DNA from: Candidatus Latescibacterota bacterium
GTDB lineage: Bacteria > Latescibacterota > UBA2968 > GCA-2709665
Direction of reading: 5' to 3'
DNA length: 64,000 nt
Assembly (NCBI GenBank): GCA_965205485.1
Contig: OZ242180.1
Span: 3,200,001-3,264,000, forward strand
Of this stretch, positions 1 through 9,916 are shown in pieces; position 1 is the first letter of the stretch; the number at the start of each line of letters is the position of its first letter. The notes under the pieces were generated by a model. It had not been told where the DNA came from, made no database searches, and saw nothing but the letters and a program-made list of their open reading frames with translations. The position numbers and the translations under genes are program-made.

Positions 1-95
1 AGGCCCCCGACTTCGCCCTGCAGGTTGCAAGGCTGTCCGAGGCGGCCTACAGGTCCCTGGAGCGCAGGACTCCGGTAACCGTTGAGACACACTGA
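1..95 (+). CDS. 3' end of a probable Gfo/Idh/MocA-family oxidoreductase (partial)
   Basis: Frame from base 3 reads APDFALQVARLSEAAYRSLERRTPVTVETH, with TGA at 93-95. This resembles the typical 'AAYRS...PV' C-terminus of the family. Confidence 0.45.
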   Translation, partial: APDFALQVARLSEAAYRSLERRTPVTVETH

Positions 96-110
96 CCGCT
101 GGAGGCGTCG

Positions 111-842
111 ATGTCGAATAAGATCCGCTTGAAGGGCAGGTATTACCGGCAGCACCCGCCCGGACGGCATCTCGGCCACGCGGAAGAGGCGCTTGAGTTG
201 GGTCTGGACAATACGGCGTTTTTCCTGGTGGATGTCTACGGAAAGGGCTATGACCCCGACCACGATCCGGGGAACGTCCCGGAGTTGTATCGTGCGGCCG
301 TGTTGAAGAACCGCGAGATTGTGGTGGACCATATCCGTCCTGCCAAAGATGCGGCAAAGCGCCTCGGGCTCCCGGTGGTCTACGTGACGAATTACCTGGC
401 GCCTTCCACGAACGAACAGACGGAATGGCGCAATATGTCCATCCGAACCTGCGGTGTGGATGTTCTGGATGCGTGGCCGGAACCGAACGATATCCTCGCG
501 TTTTCGGATGTGATCGCACCGGACGCCGGCGATTACGTGGTAAAGAAACAGATGTACAGCGGGTTCTTCGAGACGCACCTGGATTCCCTTCTGCGAAGTC
601 TGGGCATCTATAACCTGGTGACGGTCGGGTTCGACACGCGGATTTGTCTTGGCACGACGGTTACCGAGGCCATGTACCGGAATTACCGGGTGATCGTGCT
701 TCGGGATTGTTGCAGTACTGTAGACTATCCGGAAACCCAGGCAGATGGGTTGGCGGATTTCTTCGGGATCCGGTTCATCGAAGCGAACGTCGGCTATACA
801 TCCACGTCGGACGCATTTGTCCATGCCTGCGGTGAGGTCTGA
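111..842 (+). CDS. Isochorismatase-like cysteine hydrolase
   Basis: GGAGG RBS; motifs FFLVD, KKQMYSGF..T.LD..LR and GFDTRIC supply the D-K-C triad. Confidence 0.85.
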   Translation: MSNKIRLKGRYYRQHPPGRHLGHAEEALELGLDNTAFFLVDVYGKGYDPDHDPGNVPELYRAAVLKNREIVVDHIRPAKDAAKRLGLPVVYVTNYLAPSTNEQTEWRNMSIRTCGVDVLDAWPEPNDILAFSDVIAPDAGDYVVKKQMYSGFFETHLDSLLRSLGIYNLVTVGFDTRICLGTTVTEAMYRNYRVIVLRDCCSTVDYPETQADGLADFFGIRFIEANVGYTSTSDAFVHACGEV

Positions 843-843
843 A

Positions 844-2025
844 ATGAGCGCGCGAGAGGCGGTTCTGAATGCCATAGACGGGGAGTGGATGGCCGGGCAG
901 GCGCTCAGGCTGGTCGAGATACCCAGCGTCACGTGCGAGGAAGCCGAAGTCTGTGCCTGTTTCGAGGCGCAGTTGGCCGACCTGGGGTTCGACGTGGACG
1001 CGCACGAAGTGACGCCGGGACGGCGGAATCTGTACGCGGGGATCGGTGGCACGAACGAAGGTCCGGCTCTGCTGCTGAACGGACACCTGGATACGATTCC
1101 CGTTGGCGACTGCACCCCGGTGCGGCGGGAAGGCGACCGCATCTTTGGGCGGGGTTCGACGGATATGAAGGGTGGCGTGGCAGCCATGCTTGGTGCGGCA
1201 AAGGCCCTGCAGGACGCGGGAGTGCGCCTCAAGGGGGATCTTCTGGTCAGCGGTGTGGTTGGCCACGAGGAGCCTGAGGCGGAGAAAGACGGCCCCCTGG
1301 CGCTCGTGGCGGACGTGAACAGCGGACGGCTCAAGTGCGACCGTATTCTCATCGTAGAGGGCGGAGACGAACTCTGGGTGATGAGTATGGGGTCGATGGT
1401 GTTTACGATCACGCTGACGTCCGATCGTGGCGGCACGCATACGAATTACGTGCCGTTCCCGGAAAACCCCATCCGCCACGTTGGCGACCTGATCCGCAGA
1501 ATAACCGAACGCCAGCGAGAACTGGATGCCGGAGACGTCCATCCGCTGGCCGGGCCGGAACGGATCGACCTGGGCATCGTACAGGCCGGCGATTACTTCA
1601 ACCGGACACCGGGCCGGTGCGTGCTTACCGGTACGCGGCGCTGGCTGCCCGGAAAGACGATGTCGTCGATTCTGATTGAGCTGGAATCGATGGCCGAGCC
1701 GATTGCCAGGGCGGGAGAAATGAAGCTCGCCGTCGACATGTCGCTACAGCGGGAACCGTTCGAAACGCCGCGGGACGATCCGGCGGTCCAGGCGGCGGCC
1801 GCGGCCCACCGGGAGGTGGTCGGCGCCGAAGTCGAATTCGTTGGGAGGCGACTGGTGGGCGATGCCAACATCTATATGAACGAGACGGGGGTGCCAACCT
1901 TCTACTACGGTCCGTCGAATGAGACGGCCCATTCCGACGGCGAGTGGGTGTCGGTGGCGCGCATCGAGGCGGCCGCAAGGGTCTACGCGCTTATGGCGAT
2001 GAATTACTGCGGCGTATCGGACTAA
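844..2025 (+). CDS. M20 family metallo-amidohydrolase (ArgE/DapE-like)
   Basis: Motifs LLNGHLDT, GRGSTDMKGG, GHEE and AHSDGEWV. ATG at 844 directly follows the upstream stop. Confidence 0.9.
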   Translation: MSAREAVLNAIDGEWMAGQALRLVEIPSVTCEEAEVCACFEAQLADLGFDVDAHEVTPGRRNLYAGIGGTNEGPALLLNGHLDTIPVGDCTPVRREGDRIFGRGSTDMKGGVAAMLGAAKALQDAGVRLKGDLLVSGVVGHEEPEAEKDGPLALVADVNSGRLKCDRILIVEGGDELWVMSMGSMVFTITLTSDRGGTHTNYVPFPENPIRHVGDLIRRITERQRELDAGDVHPLAGPERIDLGIVQAGDYFNRTPGRCVLTGTRRWLPGKTMSSILIELESMAEPIARAGEMKLAVDMSLQREPFETPRDDPAVQAAAAAHREVVGAEVEFVGRRLVGDANIYMNETGVPTFYYGPSNETAHSDGEWVSVARIEAAARVYALMAMNYCGVSD

Positions 2026-2060
2026 CGGAATACCGGGCCCTGGAAACCGGAGGTGTTTCT

Positions 2061-3095
2061 GTGATTTCGATCGAACGAAGGTCGGGCGGGGGGATTCTCA
2101 CGGCACGTACGGCGCGCTGGGCGAGTGAAGAGAGTCAGGAGGGCCTGGCGGAGACATTCGGCGCGGAACACAATCCCACGGGAAACCCGATTGGCGGAGG
2201 CGAGGGTTACACGGACGGGTTCGAGCGCGGCGACCGATCGGTCCGCAGTTACGATGAACTGACGCGAGCGCTTAAGGAGGCCGTGGCGGGCGACGTGGTT
2301 TTCGTACCGGCTGACGTCGAGATCGATATGGGCGGCCGGCCGGGTCTGGATATTCCGGAAGCGGTGACGCTGGCCGGCGACCGCGGCGCAGGCGGCTCAG
2401 CGGGAGGTCTGGTTTATTCGAACGCGCCGGATACGCCGTTTCTCTTCCGGTCGGAGGGGGATTGCGTCCGCGTAACGGGGCTGCGTCTTCGGGGCCCCTA
2501 CCCCCACCGCGACCGGGCGGCGCATACATCCAACGGAATCCTTACCTCCCATTTCTCGCTGGAGATCGACAACTGCGAAATCAGCGGATTCAGCGTGGCG
2601 GCGACCCGGTTCGACGACGGTGCGGTCCGGGGTTACGTGCACCACAACTCTATCCACCACAACCAGAAAGGCGGCCTTGGCTACGGCGTCAGCATCAACG
2701 GCGCCACCGTGCTGGTTGAGGCGAATCTGTTCGACTGGTGCAGGCACCACATCGCATCCAGCGGAACGCCCGGTTCCGGGTACGAAGCGCGGTACAATAT
2801 CTGCCTGAATCACGCCAACGGCCACCTCTTCGACATGCACGGCGGGCAGGACCGGGGAGACGCAACCGAGATCTCCGGCGACTGGATGGATGTTCATCAC
2901 AATACGTTTATTGCGCAGGACGTGCGCAGCGTGGTGATCCGGGGTGCGCCCTGCCAGGATGCCCGCATTCACCATAACCGCTGCCTCAGCCCCCTGCCCG
3001 AAAACGTCGTGCGGGCCGGGGGAAATACACGGGCATACCGGAACCTCCTGGGGCCCGAGGGTCAGCTGGTTGCGAATCAGAGGGTAGGCCCATGA
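2061..3095 (+). CDS. Right-handed parallel beta-helix protein (pectin-lyase-like fold)
   Basis: GTG at 2061 after GGAGG; repeated 'IDNCEISGF', 'VHHNSIHHN', 'VEANLF', 'VHHNTF' and 'IHHN' ladders; His-rich. Confidence 0.75.
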   Translation: MISIERRSGGGILTARTARWASEESQEGLAETFGAEHNPTGNPIGGGEGYTDGFERGDRSVRSYDELTRALKEAVAGDVVFVPADVEIDMGGRPGLDIPEAVTLAGDRGAGGSAGGLVYSNAPDTPFLFRSEGDCVRVTGLRLRGPYPHRDRAAHTSNGILTSHFSLEIDNCEISGFSVAATRFDDGAVRGYVHHNSIHHNQKGGLGYGVSINGATVLVEANLFDWCRHHIASSGTPGSGYEARYNICLNHANGHLFDMHGGQDRGDATEISGDWMDVHHNTFIAQDVRSVVIRGAPCQDARIHHNRCLSPLPENVVRAGGNTRAYRNLLGPEGQLVANQRVGP

Positions 3096-4894
3096 ACGGT
3101 TCTAAGGACCATCTCGGCGATCCCCTGCCGGACCGCGCGGTTCAGCGCCTGGGAACCCGCCGGATGCGGGGCTCGGTAACCGAGATGTTCTATTCCTTCG
3201 ACGGCGAACGGGCGTTCGTGCTATCGGGGGCATGCCTTTGCATCTGGGATCTGATACATGGCGACTGCATCGCGCGGCAACAGGTTTCGGAGCACCGACT
3301 CACGGCTGCGGCATGGAACCGCGACGTGTCGAGGGCGTTGTTGGCCGACGAAGCGGGCGTAGTCAGTGAATGGAAGCTGACCGAAGAAACACGGGAGTTG
3401 GGCCGCTTTGACACGGGACGCACGTCGCTCGTCTCACTGCGGTATTCGCCGGACGAGGACAGGGTACTGACGCTTGACCGCGAGACGAGCACCGTGGAGG
3501 AGTGGGACCGGGAGACGGGCGGGCGGCGCATCGCGATTTCGGATGCCGGCGAGTGCTTCGATCACTGTCTGTATGCCCCGGACGGCCGGACGGCGCTGGT
3601 CGCCCATCAGCCAGGTCACAATGTGTACCACTACGACCTGACGACGGGTGCGCGGCTGAAGCTCTTCGTGGAGGACTACGTCTGCTACGACATGTGCCTG
3701 TCCGCAGACGGTGAGCGGCTGCTGGTGGGCACGCGTCACAAATCGAACGAATGGCGCCTGCGCGACTACGAGTGCCTGGAGACCTTTACCGGGCACCTGG
3801 GGCACGCGGTGCCTTCCGTGGCATACGCTCGGGACGAGCGGCAGGTCCTGACCGGATCCAGGGACGGATCGATCCGGCTGTGGGACCGTCATACCGCCAC
3901 GGTCATGCGGCGGTGGTACCCGCATCAGAGCCATGTCAACCGGATCCGGGTTTCGCCGGATGGAAACTGGGCGCTATCCCACGGCAGCGACGGGCTGCTG
4001 GCGGAGACCGGCCTTGCGACAGGGCGGCCTCGTCTGAGGTGGGAAAGGCACATGGCGGGTGTGCGGGCGCTTGTCGTTTCTCCCGACGGCGCCCATGCGA
4101 TTTCAGGATCGACGGACAAGACCATCCGGTGGTGGGAAACGAAGGGTTGGACGGCAACGCGAACGGTGGAATGTCCGGGCGGCGAGGTCCACGCACTGGC
4201 GGTTTCTCCCGACGGTACGCTGGTTGCGGCGGGATGCAAGGACGGCAGCGTACGGGTATTCGATTGCGCGAGCGGAGAATGCATTCACGGGTTTGAGGGG
4301 CACCGCGGATATGTTCGGGCTGTGGCCTTTGCGGACGCCGGCGTGGTTGTGAGCGCCGCCGACGACGGGTCGGTCCGGGTGTTGGATACCGTTACAGGAC
4401 GGGCCTTACGCACGTTTGAAGGGCATCTGGGCGGCGTACTGGCGCTGGCGGTCTCGGCGGATGGCGGGCAGCTCGTGAGCGGTGGTCGGGACGGCACCGT
4501 GAGGCTCTGGGACATGGCGACCGGAGCGTCGCAGGCGGTGGCGACCGCACACCGGGGCGGGGTCCAGTCCGTTGGCTCTGGGAGGGATGGCCGCGTGATC
4601 TCCGCGGGCCGTGACGGGTGGGTGGTCGAGTGGGACCTGCGGGACGGGCGGGAGGTGCGTTCGTACGCGCATGGGGAAGGCGTGGAGGACGTCCTGTATC
4701 TGACTGGAGCGGGGTCGATTTGTCTGGCAGGGCAGGATGGCAGGGTGGTTGTCCTGGAACCGGGATCCGCCGCTCCCGCGGCCGAGTTCACGGGGCACGA
4801 GGGTGCTGTGCACGCGCTGGCGGCCAGTCCGGACGGACGATGGCTGCTGTCAGGTTCCGCCGACACGACCGTGCTGGTCTGGAAACTGACCTGA
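3092..4894 (+). CDS. WD40-repeat protein with no obvious signal peptide
   Basis: N-terminal GDPLPDRAVQRLGT motif and many GH...SxSxDG.VRLWD repeats. Overlaps the upstream stop (ATGA). Confidence 0.9.
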   Translation: MNGSKDHLGDPLPDRAVQRLGTRRMRGSVTEMFYSFDGERAFVLSGACLCIWDLIHGDCIARQQVSEHRLTAAAWNRDVSRALLADEAGVVSEWKLTEETRELGRFDTGRTSLVSLRYSPDEDRVLTLDRETSTVEEWDRETGGRRIAISDAGECFDHCLYAPDGRTALVAHQPGHNVYHYDLTTGARLKLFVEDYVCYDMCLSADGERLLVGTRHKSNEWRLRDYECLETFTGHLGHAVPSVAYARDERQVLTGSRDGSIRLWDRHTATVMRRWYPHQSHVNRIRVSPDGNWALSHGSDGLLAETGLATGRPRLRWERHMAGVRALVVSPDGAHAISGSTDKTIRWWETKGWTATRTVECPGGEVHALAVSPDGTLVAAGCKDGSVRVFDCASGECIHGFEGHRGYVRAVAFADAGVVVSAADDGSVRVLDTVTGRALRTFEGHLGGVLALAVSADGGQLVSGGRDGTVRLWDMATGASQAVATAHRGGVQSVGSGRDGRVISAGRDGWVVEWDLRDGREVRSYAHGEGVEDVLYLTGAGSICLAGQDGRVVVLEPGSAAPAAEFTGHEGAVHALAASPDGRWLLSGSADTTVLVWKLT

Positions 4895-4965
4895 TTGTCG
4901 CCCCGCGAAGTGCGTATCTGGATTTTACCGTTCAATCACGGGGACCGGGGAACGGGAAGACGCGA

Positions 4966-6669
4966 ATGCCTTACCCGACGGTGAAGGACAGGGATCTCCA
5001 GGCAGTGATGCGGGACGGCACGGTGCTCCGCGCCGACGTATACCGGCCCGACACGCCGGGACGGTTTCCGGTGTTGCTTTGCCGGACGCCCTACGACAAG
5101 GGAGGCGAGAAACAGCTTGAGATCGGTCCTGAGATGGCTGAACGCGGTTACGTGGTGGTCATGCAGGACGTGCGCGGCAGGTATGCTTCGGACGGAGCGT
5201 TTCAACCCGGGTTCTTCAGCGTGGATCACCGCGACGCTGAAGACGGCTACGATACGGTAGCGTGGGCGGCGGGACTGCCCTGGTCCGACGGCAGGGTGGG
5301 TACATTCGGAAATTCGTACGACGGGTGGACACAGTGGGAACTCGCGCACACGCGGCCGCCGAATCTGGTGGCGATGCTTGCGGGCGGGATTGCGGCGAAC
5401 CTGCTGGACAGAGAACTGAGCGGCGTGCTTCGCCTCGGCCGCGTGATGGATTGGACGATCAACAATCTGTCCGTGGACACGGCGCGACGGGCGGGCCATT
5501 CGTGGAAGGAAAAGGCCAAAGAGGACGCATCCCGGCTCTGGCAGGACCGTGATCGCAGCAAGTGGCTGTGGTATCTTCCGCTGATGGACATCCCCGAGGA
5601 CGCCATGCCGGGGATGGGCGGGCACTGGCGGCGGTGGCTAGCGAACCATGCGGCGGACCATTTCGGATTTCAGAGAAAACACCGGAACGTGGACGTCCCC
5701 GTGCTGGGTACGGCGGGCTGGTACGATCAACAGATCGGCATCTTCAAGCACTTTACGGGAATGCGCGAAAACGGCGGGAGCGAACGCGCCCGGCAGAATC
5801 AGTATATGATCGTCGGCCCGTGGACCCACACGCTTCTGGACCTGGGCCGGCGGGTGGGTGAGGTGGACTTCGGCCCGGAAGCCGTGCGGGACTTCTACGA
5901 TATCGCGGATGCGTGGTTTACCCGCTGGCTCAAAGCGGAGCGGAGCGAGGCCGCGGACTGGCCGCCGCTGCAGTTGTTCGTGATGGGGGCCAATACCTGG
6001 CGCGGCGAACGGGAATGGCCGCTGCAACGAACGGTGTATACGTCGTTCTACCTGCACAGTTCGGGCCACGCGGATCTGCCCTCTGGCGCGGGATGGCTTT
6101 CCATGGAGCCGCCGGGTGAGGAAACGCCGGACGCGTACGGCTACGATCCGAGAGACCCGGTAATGACCCTGTACACCCCGGGCGGCCAGCACGCGCCAAT
6201 GGACCAGCGGGTTCTGGACGGACGCCGCGACGTCATGGTGTATATGACGCCGCCGCTGAGCGCGCCGATCGAGGTGACGGGACCCGTCGAGGTGCGCCTC
6301 TTCGCGTCTTCATCGGCCCGGGACACGGACTTTGTAGCCAAGCTGATGGACGTGTGGCCGAACGGTTTCGTCCAGGAGTTGTGTCATGGGATCGTGCGCG
6401 CCCGGTATCGAGAGTCGTTTGAGAATCCGTCACTGATTGAACAGGGCCGCGTTTACGAATATACGATTCAGGTGAATCCAACCAGCAATCGCTTCAGGGC
6501 GGGGCACCGGATCCGGCTGGATATTTCCAGCAGCGATTTTCCGAATTTCGACCGGAACCACAATACCGGTGGCGACGATTACCGCGAGACGGCCCTGCAG
6601 ACCGCGCAACAGCGGATTTTCCACGATGGGAACCGGCCGTCGCGCGTAATCTTGCCGGTGATTCCCTGA
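4966..6669 (+). CDS. CocE/NonD family serine hydrolase (peptidase S15)
   Basis: Motifs MRDGTVLRADVYRP, RTPYDK, QDVRGRYASDG, GNSYDG nucleophile elbow, GWYD and GPWTH, plus the C-terminal jelly-roll GHRIRLDISSSDFP. Start set at ATG 4966. Confidence 0.92.
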   Translation: MPYPTVKDRDLQAVMRDGTVLRADVYRPDTPGRFPVLLCRTPYDKGGEKQLEIGPEMAERGYVVVMQDVRGRYASDGAFQPGFFSVDHRDAEDGYDTVAWAAGLPWSDGRVGTFGNSYDGWTQWELAHTRPPNLVAMLAGGIAANLLDRELSGVLRLGRVMDWTINNLSVDTARRAGHSWKEKAKEDASRLWQDRDRSKWLWYLPLMDIPEDAMPGMGGHWRRWLANHAADHFGFQRKHRNVDVPVLGTAGWYDQQIGIFKHFTGMRENGGSERARQNQYMIVGPWTHTLLDLGRRVGEVDFGPEAVRDFYDIADAWFTRWLKAERSEAADWPPLQLFVMGANTWRGEREWPLQRTVYTSFYLHSSGHADLPSGAGWLSMEPPGEETPDAYGYDPRDPVMTLYTPGGQHAPMDQRVLDGRRDVMVYMTPPLSAPIEVTGPVEVRLFASSSARDTDFVAKLMDVWPNGFVQELCHGIVRARYRESFENPSLIEQGRVYEYTIQVNPTSNRFRAGHRIRLDISSSDFPNFDRNHNTGGDDYRETALQTAQQRIFHDGNRPSRVILPVIP

Positions 6670-6861
6670 GAAGCTGTTTTAAAATTACCGGTGAGTTCCC
6701 GAGCGCGAGCGAAAAAGTGGCGGTCAAGGCGGGAAAACCCGCCCATATTTGTCTATACGGGCGGGTTTGACCAACGCAGACCGGCGCTTTTGCAGCCGCG
6801 CGAAGACCGCTGGGAATTTTAAGACAGCTTCTAAAACGTCAGTGAAACGAAGGAGGCTTTC

Positions 6862-7212
6862 GTGAGCGAAGTCGTGATCTACCACAATCCAAGATGCAGC
6901 AAGAGCAGGCAAACGTTGAATCTTCTGAGGGAGCGAGGAATCGAGCCGAGAATCGTCGAGTACCTGAAAACGCCCCCGGACGAGCAGACGCTCTCCGGCA
7001 TTCTGGATATGCTGGGAATCCAGCCGTCGGACCTGGTCCGAACGAAGGAGGATGAATTCAGTGAACTTGGCCTTAAGGATAAGGTGAACGATCCGACGGC
7101 GCTGATCAGGGCGATGGCGACACATCCCATCCTGATCGAGCGGCCGATCGTTATCCACGGCGACCGGGCAAGGGTGGGTCGACCGCCGGAAAGCGTACTG
7201 GAGATTCTTTGA
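6862..7212 (+). CDS. arsC: Arsenate reductase (glutaredoxin-type ArsC family)
   Basis: Motifs YHNPRCSKSR, LIERPIV and GRPPE; AAGGAGG RBS. Confidence 0.9.
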   Translation: MSEVVIYHNPRCSKSRQTLNLLRERGIEPRIVEYLKTPPDEQTLSGILDMLGIQPSDLVRTKEDEFSELGLKDKVNDPTALIRAMATHPILIERPIVIHGDRARVGRPPESVLEIL

Positions 7213-7252
7213 GGAACGCCGAAAGACGCAGCGTTGACGGACCCTGAACTGA

Positions 7253-7279
7253 ACCCCGCCGGACGCTCTCCGGCGGGGT
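7253..7279 (+). terminator. Hairpin after arsC, probable terminator
   Basis: ACCCCGCCGGA-cgctc-TCCGGCGGGGT, an 11-bp perfect stem with only a weak U tail. Confidence 0.5.
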
Positions 7280-7305
7280 ATTCATCGGCGCCTCGGGGAT
7301 AGTCA

Positions 7306-7334
7306 TTGCGTCTGATATTCCGGAAAACTATATT
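7306..7334 (+). promoter_or_regulatory. Sigma70-like promoter
   Basis: TTGCGT-N17-TATATT, 63 bp upstream of the ATG at 7398. Confidence 0.5.
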
Positions 7335-7397
7335 TCCTGGCGCACGGAAAAGCCGCGTGACTCCATGGTTTAGACCGCGTGAAGGAAAGGTACTCGC

Positions 7398-8450
7398 ATG
7401 ACGGCCGCCAAGCGGGTCATTTCAGCCGAAGCGTTGAAGAAACGCCTGGAGCGTTTTTCGCGTCTGCCGCTGGCAGACCTGCCAACACCGCTCCTGGATT
7501 GCCCCAGGCTCTCGGAACAGTTGGGCGGACCCCGGATTCTGGTCAAGCGGGAGGACCTGACCGGCATGGCCTTTGGCGGTAACAAGGTCCGCGAGTTCGA
7601 GTATTCAGTAGCACCGGCGATCCGGGAGGGCTACGACGTTCTTTTGCACGGGGCGGCGTCCCAGTCGAACCAGTCCCGGCTCACCGCGGCGATGGCGGCC
7701 CGGTTCGGGCTGAAGGCCGTCATGGTCGGCCGGAGGGACGCGCATTCCCACCCGGTGAACGGAAACCTGCTTCTGGACCATCTGTTCGGCGCCGAGGTCC
7801 ACCTCGTAGACCGTCCGGAAGAGAAGGACCAGGTCATCGAGCGCCTGAAGTCGGAGGGTCAACGGGTCTACAACACGAGCACGGACGGATACTACCTGCG
7901 AAGCATCTCCTACGTCGACGGTTTTCTGGAACTGTGGGAACAGTTGCAGGATCGAGGTGTACGGCCGGACGGGCTCTACCTTTGCTCAGGGGTACACACG
8001 CACGTGGGGTTGGTCGTGGGCGCACGCGCGCTGGGGGTTCCGCTCCGCGTCGTCGGGATCAGTCCCAGCCCCCAGGATGACGAGGAGGATGCGGCGAGCC
8101 TCGCCCGGGTGGCGAACACCGTGGCGGAGATGCTGGCCCTGGACCTGTCGTTCACCGGAGACGACTTCGAGAGCTACGGAGCCTTTGCGGGCGATGGATA
8201 TGGAATATTGACGGATGGGAGCCGCGAAGCGGTTGTAATGGCCGCGCGCACCGAGGCGCTCATTCTGGATCCCGTCTACACCGGCAAGGCATTCGGGGCG
8301 ATGGTCCGGCACATACGCGAGGGTCAATGGGAGCCGGGACAGACGGTCGTGTTCGTGCATACCGGTGGCACGCCGGCCCTGTTCGCGTACGCCGATGAAA
8401 TATTGCAGTTGGAGCCGGGGGAACCGGCTCGCGGGGTAGCAGTCGAGTGA
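7398..8450 (+). CDS. D-cysteine desulfhydrase / ACC deaminase family PLP enzyme
   Basis: Motifs PTPL, VKREDLTG.AFGGNKVR (PLP Lys), QSN, LDPVYTGKA and FVHTGG. Confidence 0.9.
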   Translation: MTAAKRVISAEALKKRLERFSRLPLADLPTPLLDCPRLSEQLGGPRILVKREDLTGMAFGGNKVREFEYSVAPAIREGYDVLLHGAASQSNQSRLTAAMAARFGLKAVMVGRRDAHSHPVNGNLLLDHLFGAEVHLVDRPEEKDQVIERLKSEGQRVYNTSTDGYYLRSISYVDGFLELWEQLQDRGVRPDGLYLCSGVHTHVGLVVGARALGVPLRVVGISPSPQDDEEDAASLARVANTVAEMLALDLSFTGDDFESYGAFAGDGYGILTDGSREAVVMAARTEALILDPVYTGKAFGAMVRHIREGQWEPGQTVVFVHTGGTPALFAYADEILQLEPGEPARGVAVE

Positions 8451-8488
8451 CGTCAGCGAATCACCGGGAAACGAAAGCAGGTAGAAAG

Positions 8489-9916
8489 ATGTCAGACAAT
8501 ATTCCGAACGTGCTGGCCGGGCGGTACGCGAGTTCGGAAATCAGGGAGATCTGGTCGGAAGAGGGGAGAATCGTGCTGGAGAGGCGGTTCTGGATCGCGG
8601 TGATGAGGGCCCAGCGTAAACTGGGGCTGGATGTGCCGGAAGAGGCGATTCGCGCCTATGAGGGCGTCGTGGACCGCGTGGACCTGGCCTCTATACAGCG
8701 CAGGGAAGCCGAGACAAGGCACGACGTCAAGGCGCGCATCGAGGAGTTCTGCGAGTTGGCAGGGTACGAACACATTCACAAGGGGATGACCAGCCGGGAC
8801 CTCACGGACAACGTGGAGCAGTTTCAGGTACTGCGTTCATTGCGGCCCCTGGCGACCAAATACGTGGCGGTGCTGATGCGGGTTGCCCGGCGGGTGCGGG
8901 AATGGAAGGCGATGCCCATTGTCGGCCGCACCCACCATGCGGCGGCTCAGCCGACAACGGTGGGCAAACGATTCGCGATGTTCGGCGAGGAAATGCTGCA
9001 TGCGTTCAGGCGATTCGAGCACCTCGTGGAGAACTACCCGCTGCGGGGGCTGAAAGGCGCGGTAGGGACGTCTCTGGACCAGTTGACGCTTGTACACGGC
9101 GACCATCGGAAACTGGAAGCCCTCCAGGAGGAAGTCCGGGTCTACCTGGGGTTCGGGCGCGAGTTGAACGCTGTGGGGCAGGTCTATCCGCGGGGTCTGG
9201 ATTTCGAGGTGATCAGCTGCTTCTACCAGATGGGTGGGGGTATCGCCAATCTCTCACGTACGTTGCGACTGATGGCGGGCGCCGAGACCGCAACAGAGGG
9301 GTTCGCGAAGGGCCAGGTGGGTTCTTCCGCCATGCCGCACAAGATGAATACCCGGAGCGCCGAGCGGATCAACGGCTTTCAGGTGCTTCTCGGCGGGTAC
9401 GTCCATATGGTCGGCGGGCTCGTGGGCGACCAGTGGTTCGAAGGCGACGTGTCCTGCTCGGTGGTGCGTCGCGTGGCGCTGCCCGACGCCATATTCGCAT
9501 TTGACGGGATGCTGGAAACCGCGCTGCACGTGCTGGACGAAATGGGCGTCTATGAAGCGGTCATTCGGAATGAACTGACCAGGTATATGCCGTTCCTGGC
9601 CACAACCACGCTGCTGATGGCTTCCGTCCAGCGTGGCGGCGGACGCGAACAGGTCCACGACGCCCTGAAGGAGCACGCGGTAGCCGTGGCGCTGGAAATG
9701 CGCGAGGAGGGCCGGGAGAAAAACGACCTCGTAAAGCGCCTTGGAGATGACAGCCGGATTCCGCTTGCGGCCGACGAGATCGAGGACATCCTGGGTGAGA
9801 GCGAACGCTTCGTGGGTCAGGCGGAGGCCCAGTCGGAAGGATTCGTGAATGCGGTGGATGAATTGACCGAGCGGTATCCCGAAGCCGCCGGTGTACGAAA
9901 GGGTCGGCTACTGTGA
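8489..9916 (+). CDS. purB: Adenylosuccinate lyase
   Basis: Motifs LAGRYAS, TRHDV, HKGMTSRD, GRTH..AAQPTT.GKR and the GSSAMPHKMN signature. An alternative start is GTG 8447. Confidence 0.95.
   Translation: MSDNIPNVLAGRYASSEIREIWSEEGRIVLERRFWIAVMRAQRKLGLDVPEEAIRAYEGVVDRVDLASIQRREAETRHDVKARIEEFCELAGYEHIHKGMTSRDLTDNVEQFQVLRSLRPLATKYVAVLMRVARRVREWKAMPIVGRTHHAAAQPTTVGKRFAMFGEEMLHAFRRFEHLVENYPLRGLKGAVGTSLDQLTLVHGDHRKLEALQEEVRVYLGFGRELNAVGQVYPRGLDFEVISCFYQMGGGIANLSRTLRLMAGAETATEGFAKGQVGSSAMPHKMNTRSAERINGFQVLLGGYVHMVGGLVGDQWFEGDVSCSVVRRVALPDAIFAFDGMLETALHVLDEMGVYEAVIRNELTRYMPFLATTTLLMASVQRGGGREQVHDALKEHAVAVALEMREEGREKNDLVKRLGDDSRIPLAADEIEDILGESERFVGQAEAQSEGFVNAVDELTERYPEAAGVRKGRLL

Noticed and set aside
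6862..7212. arsC as a selenoprotein or as part of an arsenic-resistance operon
   Set aside because: The catalytic residue is encoded as Cys (TGC), and there is no arsR, arsB or acr3 nearby.
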